Notes under the pieces: model-generated
Told to the model about the DNA's origin: nothing
The model's database searches: none
What the model saw: only the letters and a program-made list of their open reading frames with translations
Shown: piece by piece, positions 1-64,000 of the stretch
How the letters are laid out: every line of letters starts with the position of its first letter
Position numbering within the stretch: the stretch's first letter is position 1
Assembly: GCA_965153355.1 (NCBI GenBank)
Contig: OZ231126.1
Location: 7,750,001 to 7,814,000, forward strand
From: Flaccisagitta enflata
Taxonomy: Eukaryota
Length of the DNA: 64,000 nt
Direction: 5' to 3'
Position numbers and translations under genes: made by a program

Positions 1-2
1 GT

Positions 3-1837
3 GTCACAGATAAAATTCCAATTTATTTTATTGATAAAGAGCCTCCTATAATTGGATATAAATTCAATAGAAGTATCGCAGGAAATATATTTAATTATAA
101 GGAGAGTTTGTCGGAAGAATCAATTGGAAATTTTGAGAATGGTGACATTCAGTGTAATTGCCAAAATTCTATTTATAGGAATGACCACCATGGTCATATT
201 ATTACTGGAAACTTAGAAATAATACAAAATTCTAGACTAAGAAAAATTTTCAAAAAAGGACCTAAATATAGATTACCTCAAAAATAGATTGGACAGAAGA
301 TAAAAATCTTATAATTAATTTTCTTAATTCTTATATAGATAATTGGACAGCAAAGGAGAAAAAACAGGGTAATACTTTAGTAAAAAAAGAGGTTTTAGGA
401 CCTTGGAAAAAAGAGATACTAAGAATTGTAGATAACAAAATAACCCGAGGTAAAATTTTATTCAAAAGAACCTGGTCTCAAAAATTAGATAGAGATCTAG
501 CCACAGAGTTAGAGAAATTAAAAAAGGATTTTGTTATAACTGTGGCAGATAAAGCTCAAAATAACATTTTATTTACATGTAAATATTTTTACATAAAATC
601 CTTAAAGGAAGAATTAACAAGACCAGGTCAATTAACGTATCAACTTACTGATAAAGGACAAAATGATATCAATAGGGATATAATAAATTTTTCAAAAAAT
701 AAAGGAATTAAGGTTCCAGAGGGAATGGGAGACCTGCCTCTGATTTATTGGATACCTAAAATGCACAAAAATCCTATAGGCAGTAGATTTATTGCAGGAT
801 CCAAATTTTGTTCAATCAAGATGCTCTCAAAACACTTTTCCAAAGCTTTGAAATTAATTTTAAATCACATGAAGCTTTACAATAGGACAGTCTTTGAGAG
901 GACAGGATTGAATTGTTTTTGGATTTTGGATAACTCGTTAGAATTTTTAGAAAAAATGAAATCTGAGAGGATTGATCATATGGAAACCTATGATTTTTCC
1001 ACTCTTTACACGGCTTTGCCTCATGGAGAAATAAAACGTAAATTTTCGACTATTTTTCAAAAAGTTTTTAATAGAGAGGCAAGGCCATACATAAGTTTCA
1101 ATTTACATGGAGCTTATTTTAGTATTACAAAAGTAAATAGATATTCTTTTAGATCGGAAGATATGCAGGAGATTTTGGAATTCATATTAGATAATATTTA
1201 TGTAAGATATGGTAAAGATGTATATAAGCAAGTAATAGGAATACCTATTGGTCTGGATTCTGGTCAGGATATTGCTAATCTACTTTTATATAGTTATGAA
1301 TCCGACTATGTGGGGGAAATTTCTAAGATAGATCTTTCTTTAGCAAGGAAATTTAGACTTAATGGAAGATACATTGATGATCTTTTTGTGGCTAATTTTC
1401 CGACCTTCAGGGATCATATCTACAGAATATACCCTCGAGACTTAGAGATAAAATTAGAATCTAACAATACTCTAGAATTAACATACCTTGACTTAAAGAT
1501 TAAATCAGAAAATTCTATACTTAATTTTTCTGTCTATGATAAGCGTGATGACTTTTCATTTGATATAGTTAATTTCCCATTCATAGACAGTTGTATACCC
1601 AAAAAGTCGGCATTGGGAGTTTTCTATAGTCAATTGATAAGGTATGCACGACTTTCATCAAAATATGCAGATTTTTTGATTAGAAGCAATTTATTAGTTA
1701 TTAAACTAATGACCCAAGGCTATAGAAAAAATGAATTAAAAAGATTAACATCAAGATTTTTTAGAAACAAACAGGATATTTTGACAAAATATAATATTCC
1801 TAATATGGAAGATTTTTTAAAAAGTGTATTTCACTAA
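3..1837 (+). pseudogene. Penelope-like element reverse transcriptase ORF (5' truncated by window edge), broken by a 1-bp frameshift at the A5 run 280-284
   Basis: Frame 3 (3-287) reads ...CNCQNSIYRNDHHGHIITGNLEII...KGPKYRLPQK*; frame 2 is open from 284 (IDWTEDK...) into ORF 542-1837 with PLE RT motifs ADKAQNN, YWIPKMHK..GSRFI, YDFSTLYTALPH, YKQVIGIPIG, RYIDDLF, YLDL, FSVYDKRDDFSF, SQLIRYAR. No GIY-YIG motif before the stop. Confidence 0.88.
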
Positions 1838-2648
1838 TTTTTTGGTGGGAGGCTATGAGAATCTTTTGACCTACTTGTCGCAGACCATAGTCAAACACCG
1901 CTAATTTTAACAAAGGAGGAAGGAGTTTACAATAACGCCCCTCAATTTTTCAATTTTTTAAATTTTTCATTTTTCAATTTTTTGCCTGACAGTTTGTCAG
2001 GTGATCTTATTAAAATACAAGTAAAAATAATTAATGAGGAAGGAGTTTACAATAACGCCCCTCAATTTTTTATGTACTTTTAGCATAATATTGATAAAAT
2101 AGTATTTTTTTAAAAAATAAAAAGAAATTTTTCCTATAATAAAAGGTTTTGAAAATGATTGGGAAGAACATGATTTCTTAATGATATCATAGTGCTTTCC
2201 TGGTGATTTTCAAAATCTCTTCAAACCATGCAGTGAAGGACACTTTTGAAGTAAGTGTGCCCCACCTGTACTTGGGTCTTGGAGATTATATACATATATA
2301 TAAATTTATATATATGTATATATGGGGCGAAACCCTTTTTTTGGGTACAGGACTCCAACTGATGACCAGAAGCTGGGTGGTTTGTTGTATTATTAATTAT
2401 ATTTTCAAAAGATTTTTTTCTTTTTTTGGACATGTACAAAAAGTTTTTACCCCTCATGGAGACCTATCATCCCATGATATATCTTCTCTGAAGATGAAGG
2501 CTTTTTCCCTTTAATCACTAAGAAATGAAAATAACCTTAACCAAATATAGTAGAAATTCTCCTATATCCCACCCCCCTAATAGATTTAAGGGACTCGACT
2601 AGGGGAATGCGGACACCTGGCCCCCCTTTTTTCTATTAGGTAAAATTT

Positions 2649-3838
2649 TAACCAAATTTGGGCTGAGTTGATGGTCCCGATCAATGCCAGAAGACAGCTC
2701 TAACAATACCCTTACCCTAAAATAAATTGTATCTCATAAAATACACTAAAAAGTTTTTAAGATAGAAAAAATATGATACATTTAGTAAAAAGTATATACC
2801 TAAGGAATTTTGATAGTGTTTCAAAAAACCATATTTTAGGTATGTATGTGTATGTAATGGAAGCTTACACTATATAAATGTCCATATTCTTTTCAATTTT
2901 TCTTTAGATTTTTATTTTATTTTGATTTTGGTAATTGTATGAGTTTTCTAGGATAAATTGTTGCACATGTCACATAGGCAGAGGGTAGTAAACTTATGTG
3001 AATTTTTTTCTAATTTGGTATACAAGTAAGGGTCACTAAATAATCAGCCCCTGCAAAATTCGAATAAAATCTGAAGTCTGGTTCATGAAATATTAGCTAA
3101 TTCATTTATGTAGTAATATGTTACTGGGACTTGGGCGATTTTTTTTTTTTTTGGTTCTCTTTTTTCAATTAGGTCAACTCTAACCAAAATTGGGCTGAGT
3201 TGATGGTCCCGATCAATGCCAGAAGACAGCTCTAACAACACCCTTTCCCTAAAATATTCATTATTTCTAAATAAAATATTAAGATATTTATTTTTTAAGA
3301 TAGGAAAATATGACACATTTAGTAAAAAATATATGCCTAAGGAATTTTGATAGTGTTTCAAAAGACCACAGATTAGGTATGTATGTGTATGTAATGGAAG
3401 CTTACACTATATAAATGTCCGTATCTTTTCCAAATTTTGTTCAATTTCTGTTTCCTTTTGATTAATTGTATGAGTTTTATATAGGATAAATTGTTGCACA
3501 AGCCACATAGGCAGAGGGTAGTAAACTTATGTGAATTTTTTTTTAAATTTGGTATACAAGTAAGGGTCACTAAATAATCAGCCCCTGCAAAATTTGAATT
3601 AAATCTGAAGTCTGGTTCATGAGATATTAGCTAATTTATGTAGTAATATGTTACTAGGACTTAGGTAATTTACATAGGCAAAGGGTAGTAAAGGTATGTG
3701 AATTTTTTTTTAATTTGGTATTCAAGTAAAGGATATTGATTGAACAGCCCCTGCAAAATTCGAATTAAATCTGAAGTCTGTTTTATCAGATATTAGCTTA
3801 TTAATGTAGTAATATGTTACTAGGACTTAGGCAATTTA
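2649..3838. repeat. Tandem direct repeat, period ~532 bp (2 full + 1 partial copy)
   Basis: TAACCAAA.TTGGGCTGAGTTGATGGTCCCGATCAATGCCAGAAGACAGCTCTAACAA starts at 2649 and 3181; partial third copy 3672-3838. Confidence 0.9.
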
Positions 3839-3884
3839 TATAGAAGGTTGGAGTTGATGAATTTTTTTACTTGCTCATTCATTT

Positions 3885-4500
3885 CTTTTTCTTTAAGTTT
3901 GCCATCTTCAACTACTGTCATCATCTTCAACTACTGTCATCATCTTCAACTACTGTCATCATCTTCAACTTTGAAAAAAAATTTTGAAAAAAAAAAAATT
4001 TTTAATTTTTTTTTGATTTTTTTTTTTGAATTTTTTTTTTTGAAACTTTTTTTTTTTTTTGAAACTTTTTTTCTTAAATTTTTTTCTTTAAGTTTGCCAT
4101 CATGGATTTCAGGATTCATCTTCAACTACTGTCATCATCTTCAGCTACTGTCATCATCTTCAGCTATTGTCATCTTCAGCTACTGTCATCATCTTCAGCT
4201 ACTGTCATCATCTTCAACTACTGTCATCATCTTCAACTACTGTCATCATCTTCAACTACTGTCATCATCTTCAACTACTGTCATCATCTTCATCTACTGT
4301 CATCATCTTCATCTACTAAATTTTTTAAAGAAATTTTAGAAAAAAAATTTGAAAATTTTTTTGAAAATTTTTTTGAAAATTTTTTTTTTGAAAATTTTTT
4401 TTGAAAAATTTTTTTGAAAATTTTTTTTGAAAAATTTTTTTGATTTTTTTTTTTTTTTTGAAATTTTTTTCAAAAATTTTTGAATATTTTTTTTTCTTTG
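3885..4500. repeat. 19-bp minisatellite (TCTTCAACTACTGTCATCA)n in two blocks, each followed by A/T-run tracts
   Basis: Blocks ~3903-3970 and ~4116-4317, each preceded by TTTTTCTTTAAGTTTGCCATC. Confidence 0.9.
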
Positions 4501-5899
4501 ATTTTTGTTGTCATTATCATTCATTGTTGTCATCATCATCATCATCCACTATTGTTATCATTATCAAGTTTTGTCATCATTAAAACAATACTGAATATTT
4601 TTTTTCTTTTTGAAATTACTGTTTTGTCGTGTATCTCATCGAGTTGCGTTTACGCAACGAGAAAGCTTCAAAAATTACAGTCCCCAGTCGGGGACTGTAA
4701 TTTTGAAGCTTTTTCATTATCTTTCCCTGTCTCTTTCTCTCTGTCTCCTATAGATTCTTTATTTTCTTCCTCTTCCTCCTCTTCATCTTTCCAGCTTCTG
4801 ACCACCAATTGTTTCTTTCATAGATTCTTATTCTTCTTCTTCTTCTTTATCTATATTTCCAACCCACTTAATCTGTCATAAGTTCTTCTTCCTCTTCCTC
4901 TTTTCATCCCTCATCTTCTTTTACTCTCAGCAAATCCTCTTCTCCTTTTATTTCTCACCTTCTCCACTTCTTTTGTTCTCCCTCAGACCTAGGAATGCTT
5001 TTCCTCTTCCTCTTCCTCTTCCTCTTCTCCTTCAGTCTTTCTCTCATATGTTTCACTTTCCTCATATCAGCTTCTTCGTAATATTATATAATATTGTATA
5101 ATATTGTATTGTATTAGAAAAATAACAAAATAAACTATATGTATTGGGAAAACCCAATACACAGGAATATTGTAAACCCAATACCAATACCCAATACAAT
5201 TGCTCAGGCCTGCTTATAAGAGGAGGCCAGAATTCTCCAATTAACAAAGGATGAAAGCCTTGCAAGCTTTCAATGGTGTTTACTCCAGATTGCTCACAAC
5301 TATCCTTTACTACTGACAAACAAAAAGCTCACCTGACAAAACAATCAGCTTGACTGCATACCTCATTAGTATAGGGTTGGACAGGCCTATACCATTTAGT
5401 ATACATGTCAAATCGGCTCTGTTCCGGGAGCACCGGTGACCCCATTAACCTGCGTGTCTGGGTTAAGTAGTGCCGCAGACTCATGTATTCTGCGAGTCCT
5501 TAAGATCTATCTGTTAAAATAATCATCTCTCATATCTGACAGTTGGCTATACTAGTGCATAAATGAGATATTGATAACGTTGACAATAAGAAATTTTTAG
5601 GTGCGCCAACGCACCTCTATAACCGGTCGTGTTGGTTGGTCACACAAACCTTTCACAATCGAACCGGCGCGGCGCACCTATCGGCCTACTTGGCCTTGTT
5701 TATTCAGGATGTGTTCAGACATGACATTGAGAGAATTGATCATTTATTTGTCTCTTCTGCATTTGTTCACAGAAGGGATTTGTAAAAGCAACTTAAGGAG
5801 AAGGCCTTTTCTGTTTACAGGAGAGATTTGTAAAGACAACTTAGAGAGAACTGATCATTTATTTATTCTTCATCACCTGTTTTGTTCATAGGAGGGATA

Positions 5900-6499
5900 C
5901 CACGCGAATAAAAAAAAAAGACGCACCTCTTCATTTATAGATAGAGAAGACAGAAAAAGTTATCAAAAATATTTTTAGTTCAAGTAATTTTGAAGATTTT
6001 TTAATTTTCTTTTTATCCAGACCAATCCCAGGTCTGTATCTCAAACCGTTTAAAAGTTACAGCCTTTCAAAGTCAACCATTATTTTGAGCACATAAAAAA
6101 TATCTAATCATTGAGAAAATTGTTTGCCATTTCTATATCCAATGATAAAGCTTTAAAAAAGTTTTTTCAGACAAAACAATTTTGAAGATTTTTGAATTTT
6201 CTTTCATTCTAGACCAATCCCAAGTCTGTATCTCAAACGATTTAGAAGTTACAGCTCATCAAATTGAAACACTAGTTATCTTGCATTTTTTTCTCTTACA
6301 GAATTGTGAAAACGATTTATGACTTTTTTTACTGTTTTTTTACCATGCATAAACGCCTTAAGATAAAGGTTTTTTTCTTTTTGATCCTGAAAGCTTAAAA
6401 GCTACGCTTTCCAATGATGCAAAGCATTCAACTTGAACTCAATGAGAAAAGGGCTAAAATGGTCTTTTAAGAATGCGTCTTTTGTATTGATCCGCGTGG
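5900..6499. mobile_element. MITE, TA target duplication (Tc1/mariner-type)
   Basis: Ends TA|CCACGCGAATAAAAAAAAAAGACGCA ... TGCGTCTTTTGTATTGATCCGCGTGG|TA; related to 10396-10806. Confidence 0.75.
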
Positions 6500-6824
6500 T
6501 AACTACGAGATTTGTTTTTTATCGCCTTTTTTGCTCACAGGAGGGATTCATAAAGACAACATTGAGAGAACTGATCATTTATTTGTTCTTCTTCATCATT
6601 TTTGTTCACAGGAGGGATTCGTAAAGACAACATTGAGAGAATTGATCATTTATTTGTTCTTCATCGCTTGTTTTGCTCACAGGAGGGATTTGTGAAGACA
6701 ACTTTGAGAGAATTGATCATTTATTTGTTCTTCATCGCTTGTTTTGCTCACAGGAGGGATTCGTAAAGACAACATTGAGAGAATTGATCATTTATTTGTT
6801 CTTCATCGCTTGTTTTGCTCACAG

Positions 6825-44685
<37,861 letters not shown>

Positions 44686-45803
44686 ATCATTGTCTTATGG
44701 TGTAATTGAAATACAAGGCCGACTTCCAAAAAAAAACCTTCTCCCCCCCCCCCCCCCTGACTGAACTGATTGGCAAATGTAGCTCTTTACTGCCTTGACC
44801 TAGTCACACGCTCAATCGCTCATTCGGCCTTGTCCAGGTTCTCCGCGAAAGATAGTCGTAGCCCCGGAGGAAACAGAAGCCTGAATTTCTATCACGGAAC
44901 TGATATCCTCGCCGAGTTGCGTCGTGCATGTATGGCATGCACGTTGCTTAGGTACACAAAAGGCATGCAGCTACCTGGAATTTTCAGGCGTGTCGAATAA
45001 TGACCCTTCTGGTCAGCGAGAAACGAAAAATTGTTGCTCAAAAAGACCTCTTATTCATAAACTGGCATAAATCATGTCCTCTTTTCGTTCATCATGTCAA
45101 ATGTTCTTTGAATAACTGATAATTGTTCATTTCCCCTCTTCCAAATAGCTAATCATTTTATGACTTGTTCCTCTATCAGTATTCTTTCCTTCTTTTCGTT
45201 CATGAACCGGATTGAAAATATATGACTGGATTCGAACTCTTCTGCACCACACATAAAAAGGCTCTTTCTCAACTTTTCAGTTTCTTTCTCAATTATGTAT
45301 GTACAATAACAGTCAGGATCGTATAAAGAAAAAATCCAAATACCGTTGATGCTAAATAGCTAAGCTTAAAAGGATGTAATATTGCAGTCTAAATACAAGT
45401 CCTTGCATCTCTAATAAAGGCTTTGTCCGTCCATCGTTCCGTCCATAGCCTTTCCTGGTCAGAAGTCAGGTTTAAAGTCACGCACAAGATCTAGATATCC
45501 GTTTCTATTCGGTAACTAAACTGACAACAACAACAACAACAACAAATACGAGAATCAGATTTCCGAGTAAATCAATCTTTATTTTTCTTTCTTCCTTCAT
45601 GTAAAATCGCGCATAATCAATCACAAAGGAGACAACGAAGCAAAAAAAAAAATGACTGCCATCGAAAAAACAACTCATTAAGGCATATATCAAATGTATA
45701 CCTTACAGTCCATGCAAAATCTTTTAAAATTGGAGCATTAATTCAAATTATCTCCATTCCATTTTTGATAACTTGAAATTATGTTTCTAAATTAGCTTGA
45801 TTA

Positions 45804-46237
45804 CAGACTGCATGAAAATACAACGAGAGCAGTCGCAAGAAGTTACCCAAATCTATAGCAGTACCCCCTACAGCCCATACAGTAAGTGATATGAGGTCAA
45901 ATAGGGTATCAATCAAGTGCTTATGTGAATACAAGTGGCGTCATCGAGGCGATTTCTCAATTTCTTCCTATTTACGGAGATACAGGCTACAGAATGGCTT
46001 AAATCAGGTTTTTTTCAACACTCTTCAAAACAGCAAATTTTGACCCTTTCAAGAGCTGTATCTCATGAACTGAGCTGAATCTTCCAAATCGCTCCGATGG
46101 CGCCACTTGTATTAACATAAGCTTTCGATTGGTACCCTACATGACCATATAGCACCTCCTAAATGGGCTGTAGGGGGTACTGCTATAGATTTGGGTCACG
46201 CCTCTGGAATGCTCTCGTTGTATCTTCATTCAGTCTG
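45804..46237. mobile_element. 434-bp fold-back MITE, TA TSD; second copy in opposite orientation at 61320-61753
   Basis: TIR CAGACTG.ATGAA.ATACAACGAGAGCA...ACCCAAATCTATAGCAGTACCCCC.ACAGCCCAT. Confidence 0.88.
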
Positions 46238-46929
46238 TAGCTAAATTAGCTTGAATCTGAGTAAGTTTGGATTCCATCACTATGACTAGTCTTGGGTTCA
46301 ATAGATAATTGTTCAGGTACCTACTGAAAGGAAACTGAAGTTCAATTAAATGACACCCGTGAATCATAAATCCCCAATTAGGCGGTCTTTGCATGGAGCG
46401 TACTGTAAGTTTACGGCAATAAACAAAATCAGTTCAAAATCATATCGTACGATTTCGGGTATCCTTGATAAAAAGATTTGCTCTGCTGAGATTATCCATA
46501 ATTTTGGATAGTCATAACGCCACAAAAATTCATACCCAATTAACTTGTATCAATCAATAAATACACAAGCAAGAACCCCACGGCCCCATTGTAGGGGACA
46601 ATGATGAAGGCGAGTCGTTCTTCTTGAGAATCGGCGATGGAACAAATCACATTAAAGGCGACATTTCATCCAGATTCGTCTTTCTTCGCGCCTGAAAATC
46701 GATCGCGTGAAATTATCAACAACGTCGGAAATTTCAACGTGAGATGAGAATCGACAATCCCCTCGCAGCTTCAGAGGTCAATTCAAAGTGCAATACAGTT
46801 AAAACCTGGAATGTAACGTGTATGTCGAGGGGATATAACTGATGTACATCTGTGATAAGCGGATTTCAATAATAGCGGGGTGTAACTGTATTTCGAATGT
46901 AAAATTGAGCACTGATCTGATAACTAAGA

Positions 46930-63664
<16,735 letters not shown>

Positions 63665-64000
63665 CTGAATATATAAAGAAAAGAAGGGAGGAAGGAGTGG
63701 AATGGATCCTGCAAATGGGTCATCTGGGCGAGAAGAGAATTTAAGGCTAAGAAGAGGAGGAGGAGGAGGAGGAGGAGGAGGAGGAGGAGGAGGAGGAGGA
63801 GGAGGAGGAGAAAACAGTACCATACAGACACTCAGCCTAGAAAAATAGAATAGGCTGGATAAACGGCCAATAAAGGCAATAAGTAATTTTTTGCGGGTGC
63901 GCAGAGGCAGTCATGCGGTGGAACTGGTCAGGGGCATCGCAGAGCAGGGCCGGGGCTGTAATGTGGCCAGGTAGGGACAGTAATGCCCAGATATCACAAT

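Larger units (their letters stand above)
1..3840 (+). mobile_element. Penelope-like retroelement (Naiad/Chlamys-like architecture suspected) with 3' non-coding repeats; right boundary uncertain
   Basis: RT ORF plus downstream direct repeats (1916-1951 = 2036-2071; ~530-bp tandem units 2649-3838). CxC..HGHIITG motif upstream of the RT and lack of a C-terminal EN fit the permuted-domain PLE clades (inference). Confidence 0.6.

Noticed and set aside
1845-1900. Possible SECIS after the RT ORF (ATGA...GA in a stem)
   Set aside because: No apical AA, helix geometry does not fit, and no in-frame TGA in the visible RT.
5413-5500. GC-richer segment with small stems, considered as tRNA/SINE or ribozyme
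   Set aside because: No cloverleaf, A/B boxes or recognisable catalytic core.

Overview
Repeat-rich, intron-rich eukaryotic (animal, probably invertebrate; species not identifiable from this window) DNA. (1) 1-~3.8 kb: 3' part of a Penelope-like retroelement (RT ORF with one frameshift, no C-terminal endonuclease) followed by hairpin-rich and tandemly repeated DNA. (2) 6825-44685 (+): polycystin-2/TRPP channel gene (PKD2); 18 phase-consistent GT-AG exons traced by hand, N-terminal exon(s) not found in the window. (3) Nested antisense in the 15-kb PKD2 intron: a probable two-exon ankyrin + KLHDC1/2-like kelch gene (21858-20166, 16787-15709) with one in-frame TGA. (4) >63664-46930 (-): TRIM37, 16 exons, RING/B-box outside the window, convergent with PKD2. 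Introns hold many Helentron/DINE-1-like elements, TA-TSD and 8-bp-TSD MITEs and long microsatellites. Most unusual signals: the nested ANK-kelch gene, repeated local duplication of PKD2 splice junctions into decoy arrays, a ~75-aa insertion in the PKD2 TOP domain, and a multi-stem RNA candidate with hammerhead core boxes downstream of the RT. No rRNA, tRNA or CRISPR array seen. All calls are by eye; no database searches were run.
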